Assembly: GCA_000004985.1 (NCBI GenBank)
Contig: GG738922.1
Strand: one strand, 5' to 3'
Length of the DNA stretch: 64,000 nucleotides
From: Naegleria gruberi
Lineage: Eukaryota
Shown here: positions 1 to 11,449 of the stretch, piece by piece
Numbering within the stretch: position 1 is the first letter of the stretch
Layout of the letters: each line of letters opens with the position of its first letter
Translations under genes and position numbers: made by a program
The notes under the pieces: generated by a model
Database searches by the model: none
What the model was told of the DNA's origin: nothing
The model's input: the letters and a program-made list of their open reading frames with translations, nothing else

Positions 1-1151
1 ATCAGGATTGAGGATCAAGGTTGGTTGTACGTACTTGGCTGATTCATCTGCATTACCACCATAGATAACCTTATCCTTGACTTGATCAATAATTGCCTTA
101 AGACGTTTTACATGTGTACCTGTGACAATTCTGGAATAGTCTGGAGATTTGGATGGATCTTCACCATACATTTTAGTGATGGCTTCCTTGAGGGCTGGAA
201 TGAATTTGTCAGCAATTCTACCATCCAACAAGACATAATCTGGAGCAACACAAGTTTGTCCATTATTGAATGTCTTACCCCAGGCAATTCTGTTGGCAGC
301 AACTGAAATATCAATATCCTTGTCAATAATGAGTGGTGATTTACCTCCAAGTTCTATTAAATATTATCCACAATTCCAATAATTTAAATCATTTGTTATT
401 GAAATTTGCATTATGTGTGATAGTTCATTAATATCAACTTTGATCAACTAAACTTACCCAAAGTTACAGGAGTCAAATGTTCAGCAGCAGCACGCATAAC
501 AATCTTTCCGACTCTAATGCTGCCAGTGTAGAAAATGTGATCATATGGTTCCTTCAACAAGTTGGTTGTCACAGTTGCATCACCTTCAATGACACGAACA
601 TATTTCTCATCAAAATATTTAGGAATTAGTTTAGCAAAGGTAGAGGAAACATTTGGAGAAACTTCGGAAGGTTTCAAAATAACCAAATTACCAGCTGCCA
701 AAGCACCAGAAAGTGGAATAGCCAACAAACTGATTGGATAATTCCATGGAGCAATAATCAGAACAACACCCAAAGGTTCCTTTCTAATAAAGCCTTCTGA
801 AGGAAGATTGGCAGGATTGACAATATTAACATATTCATCCTTCATCAATCTCTTCAAATCACCCTTCAAGAATTGAGCAGATCCCACAGACAAACCAACT
901 TCAATGGTTTTTAATGGTTCTGTTTGTCCCAAATCCTTGACTTGAGCTTCCTTCCAATCCTCCTTATTTTCCTCGAACATGGCAATAAACTTGTCCAATT
1001 GTTCTTCTCTCCATTCACGATCTCTAGTGATACCAGTTTGAAAAGTAGCCTTCATTGATTCAACCAATTCGGCATATGGTCTATCACTCTTATCATCAAC
1101 AATAACATTGTTTTGTTCCTTGTTTTGAAACACTGCAGATCCTCCGATCAT
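1..1151 (-). CDS. aldehyde dehydrogenase, ALDH3 (fatty-aldehyde dehydrogenase) family; start codon and two exons present, 3' end runs off the window start
   Basis: ORF 458..1151 translates MIGG...PLGVVLIIAPWNYP...GNLVILKPSE...FYTGSIRVGKIVMRAAAEHLTPVTLG, colinear with ALDH3-type enzymes. GTAAGT donor lies at 457..452 on the minus strand and a TAG acceptor at 355..354. The downstream exon (353..1) continues in frame as ELGGKSPLIIDKD...GQTCVAPDYVLL...YGEDP. Structure is join(458..1151,1..353) on the minus strand. Confidence 0.85.
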
Positions 1152-2095
1152 CTCTCTGTTATTTAATTATCTAGTCGTAAAATAAAAATTAATTGAAAAC
1201 TGTGGTGCACAACAATCGAGAGTCTCGTTGTATGGTTGTTTGTTGAGGTTTTTTTTAGTTGTTGATTCTTTTTGTGGCCCTCTCGTTAACTTCATTAATA
1301 AATCAAATTTGCGCGGAGAACTTTGAGAATTGTCCCTTAAAAAAATTCCTTGTTTACTGGCGCTTAGTTGTCCTCCTCTCACACCATCATCCACAACCAC
1401 CATTCGTTCCGAAACACGCTACTAAAGAAGATCGTTGCATTGTATACAGAGAAAAATGTCGTAAATTGTGTATGCTCGGTTAAGGAGTGCAAGACGACAA
1501 TAATGCGAGCTTGAGGATGAAAAAATCCATTTCCTGATTGAATTTTGAAGTTGGTGGGTTATTTGGAAATGTGGTTAGCCTGGGATGGAATGTTTAGGGA
1601 GAAGTTTGATAGGTTGGTTGTGGAAGGCAAATTGATTTTCGGAATGATGATGATATGAACGGCAAAAGAGGAAGTACATGGTTAGTTTGTCATGTATTTT
1701 GGTATATGAAAGGTTCAAGATAGTGGCTTGTCATCAATGTGCACCTTAGAAACAATGTTTTTTACATTCATCTACAGTTTCTTCCAAAATAATTGTGACC
1801 AATTTGAATTCACAAGTGAGCTTTTTGGATGGTTTACTGTATGCCGAATCCTCAAGATAATCCTATTACCAAGTTGCAACACACTGTAATCATTAATGTG
1901 CCCATCCCCTAGTCCGCATCTCCCAAATAACCAATCAACAAATTTCACACTCCTCACAATTACGAACTGAAACCTCTCTTACAAAATATTCGCGAGAAAT
2001 TATCGCTTGTTGTAAACGCCAAAAGTCGGAGCCTTCAATAGCAGTTCACAACATACTTCACACAACGAATACCATCAAACCAACCACACAAAAAA

Positions 2096-3215
2096 ATGAA
2101 CAAATTAATTACCCTCTTTGCGGTTGTCTTTTTGGCAGCTGTCACTTTTGCTGGTCGTATTGAACTTAGAGGACCAAACAAATCCTCTCCATTGACCAAA
2201 TTGAACAAGTATAACATTGCTCAAGATTCTGTTTCCGTTAGTGGTGTTTCTGGTAGGTTTTCGATTTGTTGTTTATGATTTTTAACATTAAAAGCTGGTG
2301 GTTTCTTTGCTGTTCAATTCCAAGTTGCCTACAGTAAATCATTGGTTGGTGCTGGTATCTTTGCTGGTAAGTTTTTTTAAACACAATAGAATGATGATTT
2401 AACACAATTCTAAAGCTGGTCCATATTACTGTGCTCAAGGAAGTTTGATGACTGCTGAAGAACAATGTATGGCTGGATTTGCTAATGTTGATTTGAATAC
2501 TATTCAATCTACTATTACTCAATATCAATCACAAGGTTTGATTGATAGCACTTCTAACTTGGCTCGTCACAAGGTATTCCTCTACTCTGGAACCTTTGAT
2601 TACACTGTTAAACAATCAGTTGTTCAACAATTGGCTACTCAATATCAACAATTGGGTATTCCACAAAAGAATATTGTTACTAATTTCACTGTTGCTTCTG
2701 GTCACGCCTGGATCACCAATAATTATGGTAGTTTGTGTTATTTGACTATGACTCCTTATATTAATAATTGTAATTTGGATGGTGCCTATCAAGTTTTGAA
2801 CACAATTTACGGATATATCAAACCAAAGAAGGAAGCTATTGCTGCTAACTTGATTACTTTCGAACAAACTGGTAACTTCTCTGCCAATTACATGACTGGT
2901 AATGGCTATGTCTATGTTCCTTCATCATGTCAAAGAGGTGTCTCTTGCCGTTTGCATGTTGTTTTCCATGGTTGTGAACAAGGAGCTTCTATTCTCGGAA
3001 CTACCTTTGTTGAAAATATTGGAATGAATGAATATGCTGAAAGTAACAATATCATTATGGTTTATCCACAAGTCACTACTGGACTCCTTAACGAAGCTGG
3101 TTGTTTCGATTGGATTAACTTCTCTTACACTGATAGTAATTATGCCAATAAGCAAGGTGGACAAATGAAGGCTGTTGCCAATATTTTGGCTGCTCTCGGT
3201 GCTAAGGTTTACTAA
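2096..3215 (+). CDS. secreted esterase, PHB-depolymerase-type esterase family (3 exons)
   Basis: Exon 1 starts at ATG 2096 and encodes the signal peptide MNKLITLFAVVFLAAVTFAG; donor GTAGGT at 2253. Exon 2 is 2295..2366 (donor GTAAGT at 2367) and exon 3 is 2416..3215, all in frame: join(2096..2252,2295..2366,2416..3215). Exon 3 carries the motif LHVVFHGCEQ...YTDSNYANKQGG typical of esterase_PHB-like alpha/beta hydrolases. Confidence 0.75.
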
Positions 3216-3296
3216 ATTATTTCAAATTCATGAAATGAAAAATAAACTAATCCTATATTGTGGAGCCATTAATAGCAAGATTTTGTGTCTTTCCAA

Positions 3297-3703
3297 TGAT
3301 GCGATTGTTAGAGTATTGTTACATGGATGAATTTTACATTTATTTTGCAAAGGAAAGTGACGATTTGTTAAATGAAAGATTTCTCAAGCCACAAATGAAC
3401 TTGACAAAATTGGAAAGTGCTCGATGTTTCATTTACAAATTTCTTGGAAAGAATCAAACTGGGAAAGTGTTTGGATCTCAATATTTGGTGGATAATATTC
3501 TCTCAATTATTGTATCAAAAGTGAAAAGTTATGAACTATCTCCAAAACAATTTATTCCTTATTGGTGCTTAATATTCTCATTCATATTATATACCATTGA
3601 TGGTGATATTGGAATACCCAAAGAATTGATCAAACACTATCCCAATTTCATTTCAAACAAATATTGTCACTCATTGACAAACATCCATCCTGGATACGTA
3701 TGA
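3297..3703 (+). CDS. hypothetical protein (weak ORF)
   Basis: Open frame from ATGATG at 3297 to the stop at 3703. No recognisable domain; C-terminal part is hydrophobic. Confidence 0.25.
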
Positions 3704-4041
3704 GTCAAATCCTCCACCATTAGGAAATACTCCACATGAAATTACATCCCAAATGGAATTACTTTCGCAATTCAATACCTTCTCTATTATCCAATTTATT
3801 TGTCGTTAATCCTACTGTTTCAACATGAATGATAATGAAAAACTGCAAATCAATCATCTTTCCTTTTCCAGAATTTGCAAATTCATGAATAATAATAATA
3901 ATATGGATATGAACTCATAAAAGTTATTGTGGATTACAAATTTAAAAGACCTTTCCAAATTATTGATAATGATCATGCCGATCACTTTCTCAATTAATGG
4001 CAATTGCACATTATCATCATCATCATGAATTTATTCCTATT

Positions 4042-4224
4042 TTATTTTCTATATTTATAATACCAAAACATGCCCAATGCAACAAGTGAAATTCCAAAAT
4101 AGGCAATCAGGAATTGATTGGCTCTTTCTTTTCTCTTTTTAATATCGTCGAGTGTTTTTTTGAAAGATTCCGACTCGGCCAAAAGCTCCTCATCAGTATT
4201 TTCTATGGTCTTTGATAGATCCAT
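4042..4224 (-). CDS. small tail-anchored membrane protein (hypothetical, 60 aa)
   Basis: ATG-initiated 60-aa ORF with an acidic, coiled N-terminal part and a single C-terminal transmembrane segment (FLIAYFGISLVALGMFWYY). Lies in an AT-rich intergenic context. Confidence 0.3.
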   Translation of the reverse strand: MDLSKTIENTDEELLAESESFKKTLDDIKKRKERANQFLIAYFGISLVALGMFWYYKYRK

Positions 4225-4407
4225 TTTTTTTTAATTTCTGATGTTTAAATTTAATTTTGAAAAACTTTACAATACTTTACAATGGAACTTTGTTTGAACT
4301 AATTCATCTCATTAAGAGCTCTGGAGCAGTTGTGAAAAGATCAGGAGCAGTTGGCTGAATGACATTTTTGTGTCAGCACTCAAAATAAAAGAAAAAAAAA
4401 GAGAAAA

Positions 4408-5919
4408 ATGAAGAGAAGCGAATTTTCAGCAATTCCTGATGAAGTTATCTTTCATAGAATTCTTCCGTATTTCGAATATAGATGGATACTAAATGTTGGA
4501 AGATTAGTTTGTAAATATTGGAATGAAAATTACAAATCAATAGAAACTTTCGACTTTTCTGTCAATTATTACGGAAATGATAATTATTGGGAAAGATTAT
4601 TGAATGATGTGCATTCTGGCGAATTAGAAAAAGTAACGGGATTGAATTTTCGATTACCACTTGCATGGAATTATGATTTGGAATTGCAACAAAAATTAAT
4701 TACCAAATTAAGTAATTTGAAAGAATTGTCTTTAGGCCCATGTGCATGTGAATATCCCTTGATTATGACTAAATTGGAACATTTGGAAAGGGTTGTTTTA
4801 AATTTGAGATACATTAACATTGTTGAATTTTTGAAAAATTGCAAATCAAAAATCAAATCCTTTGACATTTCAAGTGTGGAATACAAACAAGATTTCAGTT
4901 TTGATATTGAATGGCCATTAGAACACCTCTCTGTCTCTGGTCTCTCCACAAATTCATGGATTTCCTTGTTGAACAGCAAATTTGCAAGGAATTCCTTAAA
5001 AAGTCTAAAGATTTGTAATTGTGGAATACTTCCAAATGAGGCAGTGTTTGATTTGATTGGAAATTTGGATTGTCTGACCGAGTTGGATTGTTCTGAAAAA
5101 GTTTTATGGAAACACATGAGAAAAATTGGGAAATTGAAGAAATTGACTTGCAATAAGGTGTTTCGTGGGGCAGAATCTGAATTGGACTTGTCATTATTAA
5201 CAAATTTGGAATACTTATGTTTAATGAGTAATGATTTGGTGGGAAGTTCATTTAAACATTTACAAAATATGAATCATCTCACGGAATTAATATTGGCCAA
5301 TAACAAAATAGAAAATGCTGCTGCTTTGAGCTCTGTCACTAGCTTGACTCATTTGGATCTTTCGAATAATTATATTCGAGATGAAGGATTGAAAGATTTT
5401 TGCCAACTTGTTAATTTGAAATATCTATCGTTGGAATACAATCAAATTGGCAGTATTGGAGCTAATTATCTTTCCAAGATTGTCCAGCTAGAGCAATTGA
5501 ATCTTGCACGTAATTATATTGGAGAAATAGGTGTGGAAAATTATGGAAATTTACAAGCATTGAGAATTCTGAATTTGAATGCAAATAATATTGGAGATGG
5601 ATTGAAATTCCTGGCTTGTTGTAACTCCTTGAATCAGTTATATGTTGCCTCGAACAAAATTAGTAGTAAGGGATTAATTGATTTTTGCAAAGTTTCAATG
5701 CCAAATTTGAAAGTATTGACCATTTCTAATAATAATGTTGGAAAGGCAGTTGCTCTGTTGGTATGTTTTAAAGGGACAGAAGTGAGAGCAGATAACTGTA
5801 ATATTGGATTGACTGATGCTGTGCAATATGTGGCAGAAAAAGGCATATCCAGTTTCTCAAACCAATTAATCAACACAAAGAACAAATTATTATCAATATT
5901 CGATTCCTCAATGTTTTAA
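4408..5919 (+). CDS. F-box / leucine-rich-repeat (RNI-like) protein
   Basis: Single 503-aa ORF with an A-run before ATG 4408. N-terminal F-box-like IPDEVIFHRILPYF...LVCKYWNEN is followed by more than 8 LRRs (LTHLDLSNNYIRDEGL, LKYLSLEYNQIGSIG, LRILNLNANNIGDG...). Confidence 0.85.
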   Translation: MKRSEFSAIPDEVIFHRILPYFEYRWILNVGRLVCKYWNENYKSIETFDFSVNYYGNDNYWERLLNDVHSGELEKVTGLNFRLPLAWNYDLELQQKLITKLSNLKELSLGPCACEYPLIMTKLEHLERVVLNLRYINIVEFLKNCKSKIKSFDISSVEYKQDFSFDIEWPLEHLSVSGLSTNSWISLLNSKFARNSLKSLKICNCGILPNEAVFDLIGNLDCLTELDCSEKVLWKHMRKIGKLKKLTCNKVFRGAESELDLSLLTNLEYLCLMSNDLVGSSFKHLQNMNHLTELILANNKIENAAALSSVTSLTHLDLSNNYIRDEGLKDFCQLVNLKYLSLEYNQIGSIGANYLSKIVQLEQLNLARNYIGEIGVENYGNLQALRILNLNANNIGDGLKFLACCNSLNQLYVASNKISSKGLIDFCKVSMPNLKVLTISNNNVGKAVALLVCFKGTEVRADNCNIGLTDAVQYVAEKGISSFSNQLINTKNKLLSIFDSSMF

Positions 5920-5985
5920 AGTCAATTTCAGGTGATATTGAGGAGATGGCAATGATGTGATTTAATAATTATTAAACAAAATAAT

Positions 5986-8367
5986 TTATTTACTATTATT
6001 ATTTTGTTTAATTCGATGTCCACATAGAAATCCCAACCTAAAGCCCTCCACAACAAGATCCATATCCCTAGCTTCTCTTATTTGTGATTGAATATTTTGG
6101 AATAGATCAGCAAAATCCTTTTCAGTACTGCAGATATTTCTCAATATTGTCAAGTATTCTACGAGGGCTGGATTTGATCTCATTGTGGAACCATTATTTT
6201 GTTGTTGAGATTGTTGTTGTTGAACATTTTGATTGTTATCCATTATTGTTACAAAATTATTGTTTACAAATCCTAGTTGATTGTTATTTTCATTAACTCG
6301 CTGAAAATTATTGCCATTATTTGTTTGTAACATGGCTGATTGAATATTTCCAAAATTGATATTCATTGCATTATTAACCTGCAATTGGCTGTGATTAGAA
6401 ATTGAATTTGAATTGGTAGAGTATTCTGAATTTCTTCGTTGTTGTTGTACAAAGAGTGGTACTGTAGTTGCTGATTTTGGTGATGGTGGTGTCAAATTTT
6501 GATAATTGTTGGCAACTGGTGATACCTTTTGCGTATTATTATTTGTACCCAAAGGTTTATCCAAATTGGCAAGAAGTCTGGACAAGTAACTTGGATCGAA
6601 TAATTGAGAGCTACCTGGCGGGCTATTTGTCCTATTTTGATTATTCATTGGATTACCATTTGTAGCAGTATTCACTACTCCATTTGTCGTTATGCTCAGT
6701 GGTAGTGCAGAGCTGCATGTTGATGGTGGTGGTAATGATACATTGGAAGTATTTGGAATAGATGATGCAGATACTTGATTAGAAGCAGTAATACTGCTGG
6801 TTGTTGTGGTTGCTGCTGTTACAGATGGAATATTAGCAGTTGAGGTCGTTGTTGTTGTTGGATTTTCTTCCTTATCATCATTCTTCTTCTTCTTTGGTTT
6901 CCTCTTTGATTTGGTTAGTGAGCTGGAACTACCCAATGATCTTTTTAATGAAGGAAGATGAACGCCCTCTTGTTGTGCCTTCTTTTTCAAGTGGGTTCTA
7001 TACTTTTGCAAGTGGGATTTGATATGTGTGGTTGTGAGAAAGTCCACATTCATAATCTTTTTAATTTCCTTTGGTCTTGCATCGTAAACTCCCAAACTCT
7101 CAACCACTTGTACAAAGTGTTGATGTAATTCATCAGACCACATTAACCTGTCCTTAATTCTTCGTTTTCTTTTGGTGGTTGTTTCTTCTTGATTTCCACC
7201 ACCACTGTCACTTCTCCTTCTGCCCTTCTTCTTTTCTGATGGTTCATCTGCAGCATTAGCTTCGAGCTTTTCGTTACTCGAACATGTTGATGAGGACTCT
7301 GATGAACTATGAGAAGAAATAGGAGAAGAAGACCTCATGGTGTGTGGAATGTCGAATATGTCTGAAAAACTAAAGTGCTCCGACTGATTAAATCCTTGTT
7401 GCATGCCATTTCCATTGGCAGCAGCCATGTTCATCGAAGAAGCATTTGAATCCTTTCCCATGTGGTTCAAATCATTCTCTGTCATTATGTTTGCTTCAAA
7501 ATTGGTGTTTGTTTGGTGTTGTTGCATGTTCGGATTAATATTATTACCCACTACTACATGTTGCATATCGAAAGGCGAAGCTCCTTCGAGAAGAGATGGA
7601 TTATTCAGGAGTAGTCTTAGCATGGCTTCTGTATCATTATTTGCATTGTTGTGGAATGTCACTGAATTGGTGCTTGTTATTGTAGTGGCTGCAGTATTGT
7701 TGTTATTGTTATTAAAACTAAGAGATGGTGATGATGTATGATTGCCATTCACCATCTGTAAATGATTGTTAGAGTTTGATGCACCACTGTTGTTGTTAGT
7801 TGAAACAGTGTTATTATTAAACATGGATTGGAACAATGATGAGGCATGCTGGTGTTGTTGTTGCATCAATAGTGTCGAAGAGTTGGTATTCAAATTATTA
7901 TTATTGATAGTAGCAGAAGTAGAGGCACCTGATGATGATGATGCAACAGGCAGTGTTGAGGTATTGTTATTGTTATTATTATTATTTGATGGAGAAAGTT
8001 GAAGTAATTGCTGGATGGACAAGTCAACGACACGATTCGCATTAGATAATTCTAGAGAGGTAACAGGATTGCCAGGTTTAATAGATTGACTGCCTATCAT
8101 GGTGGGGTTTGCTCCTTCTGGAAAGCCTTGATTGTTAAGAGTTGCCGAAAAGTGTTGTTGTTGTTGTGGATGGTACAAGATATTGTTGGGTGATGGCATT
8201 GAGGAATGCTGCTGTTGATGTTGCATGGAAGATGCTGTTCTTTGCAAATATATGGATTGAAAGGAAGCTGGTTGTTGTTGCTGCTGTTGGGAAGTAGATG
8301 GAAGTTGGGTGGATAACAATGTTCTGTTATTAGTGTTATTATTCCTGGGAGAACCACTTCCACCCAT
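5986..8367 (-). CDS. Myb-like DNA-binding protein, SHAQKYF class, with long poly-N/Q/S low-complexity regions
   Basis: 793-aa ORF containing RLMWSDELHQHFVQVVESLGVYDARPKEIKKIMNVDFLTTTHIKSHLQKYR, a single SHAQKY-type Myb repeat, next to a basic KKKGRRRS stretch. Extensive N, Q, S and T homopolymers are typical of dictyostelid transcription factors. Further 5' exons are possible but were not found. Confidence 0.8.
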   Translation of the reverse strand: MGGSGSPRNNNTNNRTLLSTQLPSTSQQQQQQPASFQSIYLQRTASSMQHQQQHSSMPSPNNILYHPQQQQHFSATLNNQGFPEGANPTMIGSQSIKPGNPVTSLELSNANRVVDLSIQQLLQLSPSNNNNNNNNTSTLPVASSSSGASTSATINNNNLNTNSSTLLMQQQHQHASSLFQSMFNNNTVSTNNNSGASNSNNHLQMVNGNHTSSPSLSFNNNNNNTAATTITSTNSVTFHNNANNDTEAMLRLLLNNPSLLEGASPFDMQHVVVGNNINPNMQQHQTNTNFEANIMTENDLNHMGKDSNASSMNMAAANGNGMQQGFNQSEHFSFSDIFDIPHTMRSSSPISSHSSSESSSTCSSNEKLEANAADEPSEKKKGRRRSDSGGGNQEETTTKRKRRIKDRLMWSDELHQHFVQVVESLGVYDARPKEIKKIMNVDFLTTTHIKSHLQKYRTHLKKKAQQEGVHLPSLKRSLGSSSSLTKSKRKPKKKKNDDKEENPTTTTTSTANIPSVTAATTTTSSITASNQVSASSIPNTSNVSLPPPSTCSSALPLSITTNGVVNTATNGNPMNNQNRTNSPPGSSQLFDPSYLSRLLANLDKPLGTNNNTQKVSPVANNYQNLTPPSPKSATTVPLFVQQQRRNSEYSTNSNSISNHSQLQVNNAMNINFGNIQSAMLQTNNGNNFQRVNENNNQLGFVNNNFVTIMDNNQNVQQQQSQQQNNGSTMRSNPALVEYLTILRNICSTEKDFADLFQNIQSQIREARDMDLVVEGFRLGFLCGHRIKQNNNSK

Positions 8368-10240
8368 AATGCCAATAGAATTTGAATTGAATTGTTGTTG
8401 TTGTGGTGGTGTGGATTCATTGCTATATTATACTATTATATACAGCTTCAGAGTTTTGTATTTTTCAATGCGTAGTAGGGGACTAATGTTGTCTTTTTAA
8501 AATATCACACAATGATAGTTGTTTGTGAGGAAGTTATTGTTGAGGTGGAAAATCCTTGCCCGCACAATTTGGACACAATAAGGCTAGTTTTAATAAGGAG
8601 GTAAAAAACAGATTTGGCCTTTATGAAAGAACATCACGATCGTTGTGAATGTTGTTGAGGGTATCGCACCGATATGAGTATCATCGCAATAAGGAAGAAT
8701 ATTTTAATCTCTATGTTTACTGTTGTAAAACTTACTCTCAATAATATAAGTGGTGTGTGTGGTGATTTCGAAAGTGCGCAAAATTATTGTTGGTACCATA
8801 CACTATCAAATATTATGTTGTTGCCAAGATATATGTGAAGAAGAAAACTGCAGGTGGGTGTTGTGAGGTTTTTTTAGACTTTGAAAAGGATCTTGGAAAG
8901 CAACTAAACAAACAATTTTATCAAAGTCGTCAAGTTAAGGTTGCGAAGTTGTCGGTGAAATCTCTCTTATTTGTTTGTATGCGTAGCAACATTAAATATA
9001 TATGGAAAGTCTGGGTTCCTAAATTTATCCTTAGACCATGTGACCAGGCGCAATTATTTTTCCAATAATCGCGATGTAAAACATTTGTCTTGTAAAAATC
9101 TAATAAATTACCTACGAACTAAAACAGTTGTAATCCAATGCATTGCATCACCAAACATTGCAACTAGATCCATGTAAGGACAAATCATCCAAAGAGTTTG
9201 AATTTCGTATGGATCATGCAATATAGGAAGCAAACCTCGTTTTCAATACTGATTTGAGAATATCAGAGATACAATATATTAATTTATGAAAAACAGTGCA
9301 ATTTACGCTGCTGTTCGGTTCCCTGACTATGGTGCTTAATAAACAAGCAGAATAAAAAAAGTGTTTGCGAAATCCAACATTGCATTCATTCTGTTGCATT
9401 GATGCACCTCTTTTCTTTTATAACCGAGAGATAGCAGCCAAATATAATGATGATTCTTCATTCCGAGGTCATTTTGTAAAACGGTTAATGATGAAAATTT
9501 GTTGTGATCATCACAAGATATTTATCGATTAATTAATATTAATTGTCCTATTGGTGTGTTATGTAAATTTACCGAAGGATTATTGTATGATCCTTGCTAG
9601 AACACACACATGTAAAGGATTTATGCATATTATAATAGTGGGACAACTAATATTGTATTTGTGATCCGAAACAAAGACATCAACATCAATGATGCTGATG
9701 GTTGTATACTATCGGGTGTTGTTGTTGTATAAATTGATTAATAGTGGAGAATAACAATTTTAATCGAATGATGACGAAAGATTTGATGTTGGAAGAAGGA
9801 GGAGGTTGGAATCATCCATAAGGGTTTGATTGCCATTGTATTAAAAGACTCTTGAGAATTGATAATATCTATATTTCTATTTGCGGGTTGGATCCTACCA
9901 CTTTTGGTTTATTCCAGTTTCGAATAGTTAACGAACCGACTGGTAAAATATCCAATTGCTTTATATTAATTGGCATTTACACTTTCCGAGAATGTATTTT
10001 TCAATTAATTACAGAAAGAACGCCAAGTTAAACAACTACAGTTTTTGCAACACTTCCATTCTAATTGTACAATAATTCGAAATTACTGTAGTTGAATTGA
10101 GGAATTATTCAATAATGGAATTCAAACTAACGATTGCCAACATTACACTTTAGAATGAGATTTGGACTTGTTTACAATTTATTATTATTGCTTTCAGATT
10201 TAATGGTTTGGATAGGGAAGGACTATTTCGGATATGTGAA

Positions 10241-11410
10241 ATGAAACAATTAACTAGTCTTGATATTTATGGACATTTATTTGATTATTTTAAGGTTCGG
10301 TCGAGTGATGAGAAGGAGGATGATTCCTCAACAGCAATTAAACTTCCGAACCACAACAACAATAACATATTGAACCAATCGGAAGATGTGCATAGAATAC
10401 ATGATTCCGATGAAGATGAAGATGATGGGTATGGAGTTTATGATGATGAGGAAATTGATGAGGTGAAGGAAATTTGTAAAATTGATGAGAAAATCCTTAA
10501 AGATCCAATTCAATTTATGGAAATTTTGCAAGTGGTAAGGGATTCAGTGTTGGATTATTTTGCATTGCATGAATTGGTGGAATTGCAGTTGAGTTGTAAA
10601 TATTTTAATGAGATGGTGGATTTGTTTATTGTAACGAGAAGTGCAGTGTGGTGGTCTGCTTGTTGGAGGAGAACTTTCAATTACATGTATGGAGGCGAGG
10701 CAGTTAATAATCGAATAAGATTTGGGTCTATTCATTCCCATACTGAGAATACTTCAACATTCAATCATTTTTATGCCTCGTCATTATCAATTGAGGAGGA
10801 AATGAAACTATTTCCATTCGTGCTGGAAGGTAGTGAGGAGGAGGTTGCACTGGTGAAGGAGGAAGAAGAAAAAGCTGCAGCTCAACTCAAACTCAGGAGG
10901 TATAATCCAAGAGAGTTGCAAGGTAAATTTATTGGAAAGGAGACACAGCATGAAAGTTTCAAAATTACAAAGAGTAAGGTCACAAAATTAATGAGAAAGT
11001 CTGGACTGCTAACTCAATTCATTTCCATGAGTTATTCATCAACAGGAAAGAGTGGATCAGCAAATGGTAATTTTGATAAGCAATTTCTCACAAAGAAAGT
11101 GAAAAGGAATTACTTTGAGGAACAACAAAGATCGAAAGGTCAATCTAAACTTGTTAAGCTTGCCAATAGTTCACTAAGGTTTATTTTTTGGTCAATATTT
11201 AACAAATGGTGGTTGAAAAGCAAATCCAAGGAAGAAAAACTCATAGCACATACTTCAACCATTAATAGAAAAAGATTGGCTTCCTATGATCGTTATGGAC
11301 CTGTAAATAGAACTGAAACTGTTGAATTACTTTCATTAGTTCATCAAGTAGAAGGAAAACCAGATACTATCATTGGTACCTATGTAAAACATCACTCCTA
11401 TTATGCATAA
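10241..11410 (+). CDS. hypothetical acidic protein with an F-box-like segment
   Basis: ORF open from 10209 with the first ATG at 10241 (MKQLTSLD...). It contains DSVLDYFALHELVELQLSCKYFNEMV, which resembles the F-box core of neighbouring family members. A possible splice acceptor TTTCAG at 10195-10200 means an upstream exon cannot be excluded. Confidence 0.55.
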   Translation: MKQLTSLDIYGHLFDYFKVRSSDEKEDDSSTAIKLPNHNNNNILNQSEDVHRIHDSDEDEDDGYGVYDDEEIDEVKEICKIDEKILKDPIQFMEILQVVRDSVLDYFALHELVELQLSCKYFNEMVDLFIVTRSAVWWSACWRRTFNYMYGGEAVNNRIRFGSIHSHTENTSTFNHFYASSLSIEEEMKLFPFVLEGSEEEVALVKEEEEKAAAQLKLRRYNPRELQGKFIGKETQHESFKITKSKVTKLMRKSGLLTQFISMSYSSTGKSGSANGNFDKQFLTKKVKRNYFEEQQRSKGQSKLVKLANSSLRFIFWSIFNKWWLKSKSKEEKLIAHTSTINRKRLASYDRYGPVNRTETVELLSLVHQVEGKPDTIIGTYVKHHSYYA

Positions 11411-11449
11411 ATATATCTCAAATAATTGTAAATAGAATTAAAAACAATT

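Noticed and set aside
108-350. 80-aa minus-strand ORF in the track
   Set aside because: It overlaps exon 2 of the ALDH3 gene in a different frame. The ALDH frame gives a continuous family-consistent translation, and this ORF is a by-product.
6084-8002. Plus-strand ORFs inside the Myb gene (6084, 6468, 6840, 7403, 7766)
   Set aside because: These are antisense readings of low-complexity (CAA/AAT)n coding repeats. They have no start context and no motifs.
8787-9399. Small ORFs in the 8.4-10.2 kb gene desert (8787, 8971, 9214)
   Set aside because: They have no ATG context, biased composition or motif. They are likely chance ORFs.
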